DNA of 64,000 nt from Cladosporium halotolerans (GCF_011745625.1 NW_027191453.1:620001-684000), one strand, 5' to 3'; shown: positions 35,269-48,400, numbered from the stretch's first letter. Translations and numbers: made by a program. The notes: generated by a model not told the origin, from the letters alone.

Positions 35269-37170
35269 TCAACGACCCCAGTGCGGCGTGTTCAGCGCCA
35301 TCGCCATCAACAGCCCACTGATCAAGCCCGCAGCGGGCACCGTCAGCACCCAGCCGAGGAAGATCTTGCCGAACTGCTTCCAGTTCAGGCTGCGGACGTC
35401 GCCGTTCGTCATGGCGACGCCGACGATCGCGCCCGTGATGCACTGCGTCGTCGAGACGGGCAGGCCCAGGCGCGACGCGAAGAGCACCGTGATCGCCGCG
35501 CCCAGCTCCATCGAGTAGCCGCGCGTGGGAGAGGTTTTCGTCAGCTTGTTGCCGAGGGAGCGCATCATGTCTGCATGGGGAAAATCGTTAGCCAAAGGGT
35601 CTCTGTGTTCTGGGGAGAGCAGACGACTCACGGTATCCGTACGTCCAGAAGCCGACGCCGAGCGTCAAGCCGCCGACGGCCTTGATCCAGGTGGGCGTGT
35701 CGGTCTTCGCGGACGTGATTCCCGACTGCCAGGTCTGGTACTCGGTCGTGAAGGGCCCGATAGCATTGCTGACGTCGCTGGCGCCGTGCGCGATGGACAT
35801 GATCATGGCGCTGCAGACCTGCGCGGTCGTCCAGAGGTACTCGACCTTGTTGTCGAACTGCGGGGCGCGCGCGTGGACGGCCTCGAGGCCCTTGCTCTGG
35901 TGGCCGATGATGTCCTGCTTGACGCCGTACGTGAGCAGCATGCGGGCGGTGGCCCAGAGGCGGCGCGGGTGCAGGAAGGGCAGGGCGTCGACGGCCGCGA
36001 GCGACTTTTGGCGGTCGTGGGCGGACGCGGTGTCCGGGTCGGTGCGCCTGTGGTCTTCTTCCGAGTCGGCGGTACTGCCGGCGGGCTGGGTGGAGGCCAC
36101 GGGCGCGGAGGCGTCCTTGCCGGTCTTCTCGTCTTCGTAGAGCTTGTGGTCTGCAGGGGTGCTCTTGTTTGTTTCCTTGCCTTTGTCCTCTGGGGAGTAG
36201 TAGTCGGGGACGATGGCGCCTTCAGGGTTGCCAGGCCAGTAAAGGGTAGGGTTCTCCTTCCAGAGAAGAGGGCCCATGGGGATGTGCCAGATGCGGAGGC
36301 GGTTGTCTTCCCTGATGAGCCTGTCTTATTGTCAATATATGTTCAGTCGTGCGTCTTGCGTGGCATAAACTTACTTGCGGTAGTAGTAGGGCAGGAAGAA
36401 AGTGGCAGAGAAAGCCCAAACGCCGAAGAACACGCCTAGGATGATACCAACGACCTTGCCAGTGCCCATCTCCTCTGGGGTAGGGATGCCATGGCCACCG
36501 CTGATGACAATGAACAGGGTGAGAATGCCGGCAGTCAGACCGTAGTAGAAGGTGATCACCCTGAGACCAGCCTTGAGCGGGTCCTTCTGCCAGTGTACGA
36601 GGATCTTGATGCTCATCATGATGATGGCAGCGAAGCCAGCCGCGATGCAAGGAGCAATGCCCCAAGAGGCTGCGATCTGAGAGACCGAGCCAGACTTCCA
36701 TCCCCAGTTGACGGAGATCTCGGACGCAATGCCAACTCCGACAAGGGCTCCAACGATGGATTGTGTGGTGGAGACCGGGAAGCCCAACTTGGTGCAGATA
36801 GTGAGCCAGGTGGCAGAGCCTGTACAATCAATGTCAATCAACTTGTATCGATTGAGAGCGTTCAAAACGACTGACCGATCTCAGCAATCACGTTCGCAAG
36901 AATAAGCACACCAGGGCTGCCCTCGAACGGCTCAATCTTGAAGACGCCCGAACGAATGGTGCTGGTGACTTGTTGTCCGAGAGCAATGGCTCCGACGAAC
37001 TCGGTGACAACGGCCAAACATCCGGCTTGAACCAGGGTCAAAGATTTCGCAGATACACTCGTCGCGTACGAGTTGGCAACATCGTTGGCACCGATGCCCC
37101 ATGCTGATAGCAGGAAAAAGAGGGTTCCGATGGCGAACAGCCAATCCAGACCGTGCATAGTGCCAGCCAT
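35269..37170 (-). CDS. PHO89: PiT-family inorganic phosphate transporter (Pho89 / Neurospora PHO-4-like)
   Basis: GIGANDVANSYATSV, PVSTTQSIVGA, HGASDVSNAIGP, SPTRGYSMELG, LPVSTTQCITGA. Introns 36820-36875, 36321-36374 and 35571-35631. Confidence 0.95.
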
Positions 37171-37460
37171 GATGGGCAGATGAATACCCCGGCGGGATTT
37201 TTGAAGAAGAAATGAGGAGAAGTGAAGAGATGGACGATTGTGCTTCGATTCCTACCTAGAAAATCGACGAACTCGCGTTTTTAATACCTACGCTGCTACC
37301 CTTTCTCGTCGCATTCTCGTCCTCCAGGAACGCCGCCCAGAAGGGTGGTTGACCGAGCCCATCGCTTAGCAGACGAGGCTATCATCTTGGCAGTAGGAGG
37401 ATTCCGTCTGAAGCTGGGCGTGAGAGAGACGTGGTGGTGAATGAGAGCAGCACGGCGAGA

Positions 37461-37466
37461 CACGTG
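37461..37466. promoter_or_regulatory. CACGTG box (candidate Pho4/NUC-1/PalcA site) ~290 bp upstream of the phosphate transporter
   Basis: CACGTGG seen. This gene class is an established PHO-regulon target. Confidence 0.5.
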
Positions 37467-37854
37467 GTGAGTGCCCGCGGGATATCGAAACGCTGGACGG
37501 CTTCGTCGAGGGCGGCACGTGGGCAACGTCAAGAGCTCGAAAGGCTTTGCTGAGCTTTAACCGATGCTTAGCAGATGGCAAAGTGCAGCGAAGGAGTGCG
37601 GCGGTCCACATGTGGTGGAGCCAAGCAGGGTGAAGCACTGGCTAAGAAATTCTGCCGCGCCGGAAAAGTGGTCCGTTGGCTGCCGTGCACGCGAGATGCT
37701 GACTCGAGATTGCGTTCGAGGGACCGGGGGGCTGTCGTCGCATGCACCTGATAGGCTGGATGGGTCGTTTTGTAGAATTTATGCTCGCTTCTAGTTGCAT
37801 GAGGCAAGGCTCACAATGGCCGGGATGAAGATCGCGTCGGAGGCGCCGCCTCAA

Positions 37855-37860
37855 CACGTG
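37855..37860. promoter_or_regulatory. Second CACGTG box upstream of the phosphate transporter
   Basis: CACGTGC seen ~690 bp upstream of the ATG. Confidence 0.4.
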
Positions 37861-38236
37861 CCCAGATCCCCTTTTGGGCTGAGATTGTCAGTATTTGCAG
37901 TGATACCGGTACCGTACTGGCAACCAAAAACATGGCAATGGGCACTGGCATTTGGTAAATTGTGCGATCGTTTTGAGAAATGTACATTTCGTGATTCATA
38001 AGAAGGGCGAGAAAAGAGTCGAAGTTTTAAGAGAGTGATTGATGACCCAAGGAAAAGTTATTACTACGACTAGATATTACCAGATATCGTCCGCCAGCGG
38101 TGAAGACCGCATGTAATGCTCGACAGCACGCTGTCGCCTTTGGCAAAATTAGCAAAAGGGGGTATATCGCAATTCGTAAATTCGTCCAAGTGTTGCTTTT
38201 CTTCCTCCTCTTGCGCCCGGGCTGGCCGAGCCAAGC

Positions 38237-40015
38237 TTATGTGCCCTCGTACAGCTTCCAATTAGGCGAAGAGTCGAGCGAGGGTGTTTCCTCTTTCTTT
38301 TGCTGCTCCTGCTGTTTCTTGGTTGCCTTCTTCTCCTTCTCCCTCTCCTCGTACTCTGCTGCTTTCGCCAGGATGCCGGACGCTGGCGGCATTTGATCGG
38401 GGCTGATCATGAGATCAAATTGATCGCTCACCCGAGGCATTGTGGCCGCGGTATCTCTCCTGGTCTTTTGGGAATAAGTGCTCCCAATGCTACTCCTCCT
38501 GACGTTCAATGGGCGTATGGTAGACGCGCGCATGTCAGGGTTACTGTAGCTGAAGATGCGGGGCGGTAGTGCCACAGAAGGCACGACCTGGGTTCTAAAT
38601 GGGTTGGCGTTCTTGCCAAAATGGCTGACGGTGCGCTCGACGGGCGATTTGCGCATGCCCATGGGTGGCGCGACCTCCTCCATCGTCGATAGCATCGGCG
38701 TGGACTGGAAGAATGGATCCTCGGGCGGTTTTTGAACAACCATAGGTGAGCTCGTGTCTGATGGCATCGAGTTCATGGATCTGGGGGTCTCAGCGCCGCT
38801 ATCAACAGTAGCTTTGCTGGAGTATTTGGGATCACCAGCCATGGGCTTGGGGTAAGAGATGGGGCCCCGCCTGACAGCATTCCGTGAGTTGGTTCTAGGC
38901 CCATCTTGGAGGAAGGCTGCTAAGGCAGAGCGTTGCTTGCGGATAAACCCATTTTGCCGCTCTTCCTGAGGCGTAGAAGACCTTGATGAACCGCCATTGA
39001 CGACTCGTAGGGGGGCTGGTTCTAGGGACTCCCTAAGGCCTTCTTTTCGCACGAATGGTCTTGTCCAGTGCTCAGTACTGACACGAATGAGGCTTCCATC
39101 CACCGGGGACGGTGTTCTCGGTCTAGAGATCTCGGGGGTGGAGCGTGCAGGCGAGCGTCCCAGAGCCATATCGCTCCATAGGCGAATGGTGCTGGGAGCT
39201 TTTCTCAGGTCTTTCTGTACTTTTTCGGGCTTCTTAAGGCCATCTTCCTCGTCTTCCTCTTCGTCATCACGCCTGTGACGACGGCGAAGGCAGAAGCATA
39301 GCAAAAGACCGACTAGCACGAGGGCGCCGATGGCACCAGCGAGGCCACCAACGATGGCCTGCTTGCGAGCGTTGGACATGTGAACCATGTCTGAAGAAGC
39401 TGTTTCTGTTGCATCTGCACCGAGGTCCCCAGTCAGGGTGGGGCTGGTAGTCGAAGTTGGGGTTTCTGTAGACGAGCTCGATGCAGAGCTGGTGGTTGGT
39501 GCGAAAGAGATTGAACCGCCAATTGGGTCATAGGAAAATGATTCGGCGGAAGAAGTTGAGACAGACGATGAAACACTGGACGTTGTCGTAATACTCAAGG
39601 AGAATCGAGGCCAGTCGTTGGTCGTAGTTGTGGGGTCCGAGATTGATGAAGAGAATGTATCTTGGGAGATTGAGCTGACGTCTGACGTGCTGGACGCCGC
39701 TGAAGAAGTTGTTTCTGATGTAGTAGAAGTAGTGGATGCCGATGTCTCTGACGAACTGGATGCGGTAGCAGAGTTAGAGACAGTGTCGAAGGTTGTAGTG
39801 GATGTTGGTTGATTTGCCACAGGCGCCTCGGACGCTTGTTGGTCGGCGCTATTTCCAGTAGCAGCGTTGTTGGCAGCGTTGTTGGCAGCATCATTTGATG
39901 ATTCGTCGTCTTGAGACATCAACACATGCAAGATGTAGCTGACTGGGCCAGGTGGACCGATATTCGGTCCCCATTGAGCGGCCACAGCAGCCTGCTCTGG
40001 CGTTAGTCCCTCCAT
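38237..40015 (-). CDS. Ser/Thr-rich single-pass membrane protein (Mid2/Wsc/mucin-like topology)
   Basis: Long S/T tract, TM helix AIVGGLAGAIGALVLVGLLLCFCL followed by RRRHRR, long Pro/Ser cytoplasmic tail. Confidence 0.8.
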   Translation of the reverse strand: MEGLTPEQAAVAAQWGPNIGPPGPVSYILHVLMSQDDESSNDAANNAANNAATGNSADQQASEAPVANQPTSTTTFDTVSNSATASSSSETSASTTSTTSETTSSAASSTSDVSSISQDTFSSSISDPTTTTNDWPRFSLSITTTSSVSSSVSTSSAESFSYDPIGGSISFAPTTSSASSSSTETPTSTTSPTLTGDLGADATETASSDMVHMSNARKQAIVGGLAGAIGALVLVGLLLCFCLRRRHRRDDEEEDEEDGLKKPEKVQKDLRKAPSTIRLWSDMALGRSPARSTPEISRPRTPSPVDGSLIRVSTEHWTRPFVRKEGLRESLEPAPLRVVNGGSSRSSTPQEERQNGFIRKQRSALAAFLQDGPRTNSRNAVRRGPISYPKPMAGDPKYSSKATVDSGAETPRSMNSMPSDTSSPMVVQKPPEDPFFQSTPMLSTMEEVAPPMGMRKSPVERTVSHFGKNANPFRTQVVPSVALPPRIFSYSNPDMRASTIRPLNVRRSSIGSTYSQKTRRDTAATMPRVSDQFDLMISPDQMPPASGILAKAAEYEEREKEKKATKKQQEQQKKEETPSLDSSPNWKLYEGT

Positions 40016-41724
40016 TTCCCAGTGTCGTTTCTCATCAAAGATGTCCCAGACATGACTGAAATTGCGGACGACCGTCGCGATATATACTGCCGGGCAAGCT
40101 TCACACCCACATCAGGGATTCATTGGAAAGGAGCTCAGGAGGCAGGCGTTAGGGAGCGTGAACGCGCTGTTGATCGAGCCGAAAAGGTCGAACCCGATAT
40201 TGGCATTGATGTACAGCAGTTGAGCGGTTCGCAACGATTGCGAATACAAACGGTAAGATGAAGACGATGAGAACGGTAAGATGATGATAATAAAAGTCGC
40301 GAGGGTATAAGAGAAAGCGCGAGCGCCACCAAGCCCACCTTGATTGCCGTGCAGACGGCTCCACTGTGCACACCCCTACGTCTGATGCAGAACTGATGAC
40401 GGGTCAAGCACTGGCAGTGAGCCTCTGCCGAATGATGCAGCAAGTCGCATGCTCGCTGGCAGTCTCGCCAATCGTTTCATGTTTTCGCGCTGCCGTGGGC
40501 GCTTGTGGTTGACGACTCTTCTGAGGGCTTGCGCTTCGATGTTTTGCCGACGGCCTCCAGGCGCGCAGCGTGTTGTCGGCGGTCAAAGGATCCAGCGAGA
40601 CATGTCTGAGGATCTGCATGACGGGTAGGCAGAGAGATGAGGCAGAGCAATAGCAGAAGTGGTTTATAGGAAATTCCGTAATTGAGGGTCTCAGAATGCG
40701 GGCGCAGCCGCCGATGCCGATCTTGAAGTCCTGGCGATTTGCGCTAGAAAGGCTTCGGACTCGCAGCAACGAGTAATCACAACAGAGTTCGCGAATGGCG
40801 CCTCAAGTGTGCCTTCGCATCGTATATAGGAAGTGTGTCTCCCTCCATTGTTGCTGGTGTAGCTCTTCGCTGTTGCGAAAGGACATGGTCCTTGAATCAG
40901 GAGCGCTTGACGTCCGGCGGGACTCACCTCCCCTGTCTCATTTCACACCCGCAGCATCGCGTTCGGTCTCAATCGGCGCGTTGCCGACTGTCCGCACTCT
41001 CAGACAAGCACTTGCTGCTGCCTGAAGTCCTTGCGGACCTGGTTCCGTCGATAAGTCTTGTTGAAGGATGGAGAGGAGGACAGAGTCGCGTGTCATGAAG
41101 CGCTGGGCAAGCGCTGGAGGGCTGAGGCAGCCGGCCAGCCAAGTGACAGGCTAAGGCGATGGAACTTGCAAAGATCAGTTCATCCGACATCCGGCATTCG
41201 TTGGCCATACTAACGATACGTCAGCGAATAATAATGTACGGCTTAGATACTGCAGCAAGCTATCTCGAACTTCAATAATTATCAACGTAACTTTGACGTT
41301 ATGCGAAGCTGCTTTATAGGTGACCGACGGTGCATCTAATGGATCTGTCTCCAAGGTTCGGCATTAAAGCGTGCTCGAGAACGGTACCGTCGAACGAGTG
41401 TAGCATAGTAGTTGTGACTGATCACAATTGCAAAAGTGAAAGCTACTCTTGGTCTTTGTTTTAGTACAGTAGGTGTCTGGTACATCTCGACCTATTTCGA
41501 ATGCACGCGATTCCGAGTCAAGTTTTGCACTTACCACCTAGATTATCCATCGTTGATGAATAAATGCTTAAATGAGGCTCGCACGCTACAGACGTCATCA
41601 CAGAGGGTCAGATTCAACTCGAAATATAGTATATGCACGATCATCTCGTCCAATGTACATCAAAGGCTCTATAACCATGCACCATCGAAGAAGGTGAGGG
41701 TAAGGCAAATGGGAGGTGTGTAAG

Positions 41725-41744
41725 TAGGGTTAGGGTTGGGGTAA
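41725..41744. repeat. Interstitial telomere-like 20-mer TAGGGTTAGGGTTGGGGTAA (copy 1)
   Basis: Exact reverse complement of 49375-49394. Confidence 0.8.
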
Positions 41745-42098
41745 GCCCGTGCCATTCAACACGCACTTGACGAGCGAAGTGAGCCAGGCATTGGTGAGCA
41801 AGGTTCTTGCAACATCGCACTCGCAACACAAGACAGTCGTAAGCAGAATCAATGAACTGTATTAAAATGTCCGCAGAGGCGCCAGGGAAGATGGCATCGT
41901 TGGATGCTTCTGCCTATGATGGTCGAAGAGAAGCGGAAGTCGCCCGCGGTGATGTGATGTGAGCATGCAGGGTCGCGTCGCGGGCTCGTCGAGCTCGTGA
42001 AGCCGAGCTTTGAAACTCTACGTGCCGAATGCGCTGACCGCCAGCTCCATTGCGCCTTGAACACGGAGCCGAGCAGGCTCGGTGAGAAGGCAGGAAAT

Positions 42099-42972
42099 AT
42101 GTTCGCGCAGTTTCAGACCAGCTATCGGCGGATGGAGGACAGCCTACAGCGGCTGACAGACTCCATCGCCGCATACAATCCCTCACCTGCTGCGGCGGAC
42201 GAGCTTCTAGCTGCAGACGACGCCGTCAATGAAGATCTAGAACAGCGTAAGTGGTCGCGCACGACTGATCGTCGCTCAAAATTAACGTCTCCAAGTATCG
42301 CGGCACCAGGCCAACTATGCTCGGCTAACCGCTCTGCGCCGCACCACGGAATCTCTGGACCAGAACATCAAAGACACCGTCAAACTCCTAGCCGACGCGC
42401 GCAAAGATGTCATCGCTATCCCCGCGGACGACAGTGCCCAAAAGTCACGGCGCGAAGTTGACGTTGAAGAGCTGCTGCGATATGCGAAGTTCATCTCGAA
42501 AACGACCATCCCGCCCACCTTTCGCAAACCTATACCAGAAGTCAAGTTGCCCAACACGTTTGACGAGCAGGCGCAAGCTCAAATCACGAACGGAATGGCC
42601 ACACCACCTCCTGGAGCTCAGGATAGCGAGAATACACCTTACGCGCGATCCGAAATCGTCGGGTTACAAGCCATGCCCCAGCACTCGCAAGACTGGCTGG
42701 AATCGTTCAACAATCTGCCATTTGAACCTTGGCCAAGTCACGGAATCATACAACAGGGTGCGCTGGCGGACATCCAGCGGATGATTGAGGACGGAAGAGA
42801 TCCGAGCAGTATGCTCAGCCCGGAGGAGCAGGCAGAGGCGGATAAGAGAAGAGCAGAGGAAGAAGAGCGTGAGAGGCTGGAGCAGGAAGAACGAAGCCGG
42901 AGGCGATTGAGCATCAGCGCTGCTCAAGGGAGCAGAGCCAGGCCAGACGTATTCAATCCTGATGATATGTAA
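42099..42972 (+). CDS. MED4: Mediator subunit Med4
   Basis: MFAQFQTSYRRMEDSLQRLTDSIAAYNPS, intron 42247-42295, then VDVEELLRYAKFISKTTIPPT, PFEPWPS and C-terminal VFNPDDM. Confidence 0.88.
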
Positions 42973-43519
42973 GATCAAAACATTATTGAGGCAGCACTGG
43001 TAACATGCAGTGAACTATTCGTTCAATCTGCGAAATCCTCATTACAAGTACAATACGGTCTTGTTGGGGTGCCATCATGGTATATACGAGCAAGTGTGAT
43101 TGAAGGCACGGCCGTCTACACGTCCACTCGACTTTGCCTATGATGACGAACGAGCAAAAAGCAAAAACATACAACAGGCGGGATTCCCAGATGGTCACCC
43201 ACTCTAGTACTAGTCGCCCGGTTCAGTGCTTATGTATGGCAGAGCGGACGGGATGCCCAGTTTTCACTGACCTGTGGTCGTATGTGCTTCTAGTCTCTAT
43301 CTTACAATTAATCGATGTAATTGTTTCTGCTCACAGTCTAGAACATCCGGGCATAACACACCTATTCAGTTCATTTGATATTGATTGTGAGTAATTTGGG
43401 TCGGCCAAACGGAGCGTCGTTTGACGGGACCTGACAGGTTTCCTTTCTGTTCGCGAGCCAGCAAGACTGTTTTGACCTCCCTTTCAGATCTAGGTCGAGT
43501 CGGAGCCAACATCATTCAT

Positions 43520-44822
43520 TTAAGACTGCAGCTTTCCCATCTCGTATGAAGCAAGCGAAAAGGCGCTGGTCCCGATGAGAGAGTCCAGTTCTGTTGGCCG
43601 TGAGACGTAATACTCGTAGCTCACATTCTGCGGGCTTAGGCTTGCGACGCTGCTCGTACCATTCAGACTCAGCGTGCCGTTGGCGTAGGTAATGAGATAC
43701 TGTTGCGAAACAGTCGCATAGATCTCTTCTGCGATCGACTGGGCGCTGTTCGTGCAGTTTTGGCCTTCCTTCGAGTCGCTAAAAAGGTGTAAGCGTGCAC
43801 CTCGGAGCAGATTGTACACCGTCATGAAGCTGCTGCTGGCCTCGACGAAGTTTCCCGCATTTCCAGGACGATCGACCACTTGCCACACTCCTGGTCGGTT
43901 GGTCATTGCTTTGCTGTGCTCTGCGGCTTGGATCTGTGCGAGCATGGTTTCCTGGAACAGTGACCTTAGAGTCTCGAATGTCTCTAATCCTTTCAATGTC
44001 GGGCTCCGAGCAGCAATTTCGAGAGTATTGAGCATCCCCAGAGAATACCAGGCCAAACTTCTGCCCCAGACTTCGGGACTTGCGCCTGAGGTTTGGTTGG
44101 CCCAGTTGTGTGCCTTCAACGCATCGTAACCGTGCACCAAGAGCCCTGAAGGCCTCACACAGATATCGTGGAGAATTTGAATCTGTTCGAGAGCCATTTC
44201 GAGTGCTGCTAGTGGTTGCGATGAGTGATTACTGAGGCTTGCCTGGATGGTGATGTAAGGGGCAAATGAGTACATCCCATCCAAATAGCTTAGGTTTTGG
44301 TAGGCCGTGAGGTTTTGTAAGTTGTTGTAGTACCACAGGCCTCCATTCTCATTTCGCGGCTGCAATTCCAGAGATGCGTTCAGAGCTTCAATTGTAGGAA
44401 GGAAGCTTGCATTCTGAGAAGCTACCATCGCTGACCCAAGGGAGAATCGATCAAGAGGGAGACCAGCATCACGCGTCGAATTCATCAGTGAGGGTATGCT
44501 CGAGGCAAGACTTTCTGAGAGCAAAGGTCGAAGGCCATCGTTTTCGACTGTCGAAGGAGCAGACTCCGTCACTACAGCGAGAGCTTGCCAGAAGAGCCCC
44601 TAGTGAGGACGTGAGCCCAAGACCTGACAAACGAAATATCCTAGCTGTGTATTGACATACCACTTGGATAAAGCCGGTACTAGCACCGCTGTCGATAGTA
44701 GCTTGTCCTCTGTTCTCAATGCTCGCAAGCATGCGCAAGGCTAAATCTTGCGGCGATGTATCACCATTGGCAAATGACACGAAGATTGCCACAGCGATGG
44801 CAGCGAACTGCTGTAGCTTCAT
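43520..44822 (-). CDS. Secreted GH105/GH88-like unsaturated glycuronyl hydrolase
   Basis: Signal peptide; intron 44600-44660; LDRFSLG, QPRNENGGLWYY, SYLDGMYS, GLLVHGYD, SPEVWGRSLAWY, WQVVD, NFVEASSS. Confidence 0.85.
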
Positions 44823-45406
44823 GATGAAGTATACGTGATGATTTCAGGTAACTAATAGAGCTGTTCATGAAGAATGAAGTCGCCGGACATCGGGTGCAAC
44901 GGTCATCTGCCGATCTCTTCCGTCTGACATAGCATCTATCAAATGTTACCTAACACGCTTGACGGCGTGGATGTTTTCACTAACTTGGCGGTGCGTACAG
45001 AGTGGCATAATATGAGGCAATGGTGAGGAAGTATCAGCAGGCTGGCAATAATAGATGGCTATGCAGGCACAGGAAAATGTGAGTTCATCAATGGATTATC
45101 AGTCAAAGATCGAATGAAGATAAGATCAATGAGGCATTGCCGAGCGGCGTCGGCTCGCCGCGGTGGTTGCAGCTCATGACGAAATGGAAGCTCGCGCGAG
45201 CACTGGCCGGTGGCGGCGGCGGCAGGCTACCGAACAGCTCATGCCGACCAGTGTCACCATCTTCGACCTCTCGAGTGTCTCGCACTGCTACACATCCACC
45301 TCTTCCAGTTGCGCATCTCGTACATATTTGAGGGCGGATCGCAGACTCCCTATTACACTCTTTAATAAATCCCCTTCCGACACGACGGTCCAGAGGTCTA
45401 CAGGAA

Positions 45407-48400
45407 ATGGGATACGGACAGAACCTCCCGTGGCGGCACGCGCTTCAGCAAACATCTCGAAGATACTATAGTTCAAGCAGAGGGGTCTGCGCCGCATGCA
45501 GAGCACCATCATGGACGCCGTCAACCCTTCCGGCATCACGCGCGGCTTCTGGGAGAACGGTTCAACTTTCTAGGAGCGGAGTTAGCATCTTTGGGTCACG
45601 AGACTTTTCGTCATCCGTGTCGAGACGAAGGGAGAAGCCTCCCGGATCATCGCCTGAAGACGAGGTCAAGGAAGAGCACAAGAAAGATGTAGAAGAGAAG
45701 CACGGCAAAGAGGAGGATGCAGAGGCCAAGGTGAAGTCGCCGGAGCCGACACCTATACCTGGCGCTGCGGATGGCAAAGCCGCCAGTGCTGGTGGTGGAA
45801 GCGGCGGCGAGTCGGGCTCTGGAGGTGGCGACGGAGGCAACAAGAAACGGAAGGCCCAAGGGCGTGATTTGATCAAGCCCTCTCCTCCTGATGTCTACCC
45901 TCAAGTCATGGCCATCCCCATCGCGCAGCGCCCGCTGTTCCCTGGCTTCTACAAGGCGATCACAATCAGAGATCCGGTTGTCATCGCAGCCTGCCAGGAG
46001 TTGCTCAAGCAGGGTCAGAGCTATGTCGGTGCGTTCTTGCTCAAGGACCCCAACAGCAGTCAGGATGTTATCAACGATCCTAGCGAGGTCTACGATGTCG
46101 GCACGTTCTGTCAGATTACTGGCGCCTTTCCGGCAGGATCAGGCGATGAGAAGGCGCTTCAAGCCGTGCTCTACCCTCACAGGAGAATCAAGCTCAGCGA
46201 GCTTTTGCCTCCGAACAGGTCAGGTGTAAACCCTTCTAAGGGCTCAGGACCTGCAAAGGCGACCATTGAGACCCCACCGCCGGAAGAGGAGGGAAAGCAA
46301 TCTGAGAGTGAGGAGAACAAGGGCGATGTGGTTGCCAGCTTCGAGGAGCAGAGCGTGGCCAAAGAGCAGGCGCCCGCGCAAAAGCCTGCCGTTGCCTCTG
46401 GTCCTACTGCTTTCCTGCATGATTGGGCAGTCAGCTTGGTGAACGTGGACAACCTGGCTAACGAGCCTTTCGACAAGCGCTCCCCTACTGTGCGCGCTCT
46501 TGTCTCCGAAATCGTCAACACCTGCAAGGATATCGGCAATATCAACCATCTCTTCCGCGACCATGTTTCTGCCTTCGCGATGTCGCAGTCCGCAGCCAAC
46601 ATTGCGGATGAGCCTGCCAAGCTTGCAGACTTTGCAGCAGCTGTCTCGGGCGGTGAGATGGAGGAGGCTCAAGCAGTCCTTGCGGCGCTGAACATCGAGC
46701 AGCGTTTGAGCAAGGCTCTCGAGGTCATCAAAAAGGAATACATGAACGCTCAGTTGAGCAGCAAGATCTCGAAGGATGTTGAGAGCAAGATCCAGAAGCG
46801 TCAGCGCGAGTACTGGCTTATGGAGCAGATGAAGGGCATCCGTCGCGAGCTTGGTCTGGAAAGCGATGGCAAGGATAAGCTTGTGGAGAAGTTCAAGGAG
46901 AAGGCCGCGAAGCTGGCCATGCCTGAACCCGTTAAGAAGGTTTTCGACGAGGAGCTCAGCAAACTCGCCCACCTTGAGCCTGCTGCAAGCGAGTTCAACG
47001 TCACAAGGAACTATCTTGACTGGCTCACTCAGATCCCTTGGGGCAGGCGCAGCGCTGAGAATTTTGGCATTCAGCACGCCCGTGATGTCCTGGATGAGGA
47101 TCACCATGGCTTGAAGGATGTCAAGGACCGCATTCTGGAGTTCATCGCGGTCGGAAAGCTTCGCGGTACTGTGGAAGGCAAGATTCTGTGCATGGTCGGT
47201 CCGCCTGGTGTCGGTAAGACTTCAATTGGCAAGTCTATCGCACGCGCTTTGGGTCGTCAGTACTACCGTTTCAGTGTCGGTGGCTTGACCGATGTTGCGG
47301 AAATCAAGGGTCACAGGAGAACATACGTCGGTGCTCTTCCTGGCCGCATCATCCAAGCCCTCAAGAAGTGCCAGACTGAGAACCCGCTTGTGCTGATTGA
47401 CGAGATCGACAAGATTGGACGTGGTCACCAGGGCGATCCTTCGAGTGCCTTGCTCGAACTGCTCGATCCTGAGCAGAACAGCTCTTTCCTCGATCACTAC
47501 ATGGATGTTCCTGTTGACCTCTCCAAGGTGCTGTTTGTCTGCACTGCCAACATGACGGACACTATCCCTCGTCCGCTGCTCGACCGTATGGAGATGATCG
47601 AGCTCTCCGGTTACGTCGCTGACGAGAAGATGGCCATTGCTGAGCGGTATCTGTCACCTCAAGCCAAGGAGCTCAGTGGTCTCAAGGATGTCGCTGTCCA
47701 AATCGACAAGGAGGCTATCATCGAGCTTATCAACAAGTATTGCCGCGAATCTGGCGTGCGAAACCTGAAGAAGCAGATTGAGAAGGTCTACCGCAAGTCC
47801 GCACTGAAGATCATTCAAGAGCTTGGTGAGGATGTGCTCAGTGAAGACAAGGCTATGACTGAAGAGGGCAAGAAGGCCGCTGAAGAGTCGGAGAAGGACG
47901 AGACCGACGTCAAGGATACCCCTGAGGATGTTGAGAAGGAGACCACGACTGAGGCGCCCCGAGTGGCGCTTCAGGTTCCTGACCACGTCCGTATCGACGT
48001 CGGCAAGGACAACCTCAAGGACTTCGTCGGTCCGCCTATCTTCACTGCCGATCGTCTCTATGATGTTACACCCCCTGGTGTTGCCATGGGTCTCGCGTGG
48101 ACTTCCATGGGTGGCGCTGCGCTCTACGTGGAGTCCATCCTTGAGAACGCTCTTTCTTACCACTCTCGTCCCGGTCTTGAGCGCACCGGTAACCTCAAGG
48201 CCGTCATGAAGGAAAGCACATCGATTGCCTACTCTTTCGCCAAGGGCTTCATGGCGAAGAAGTTTCCCGACAACAAGTTCTTTGAGAAGGCTCGCATCCA
48301 TCTTCACTGCCCTGAGGGTGCTGTCCAGAAGGACGGCCCCAGTGCTGGTATCACCATGGCCTCCAGCTTGCTGTCTCTTGGCCTTGACCGGCCGCTTGAC

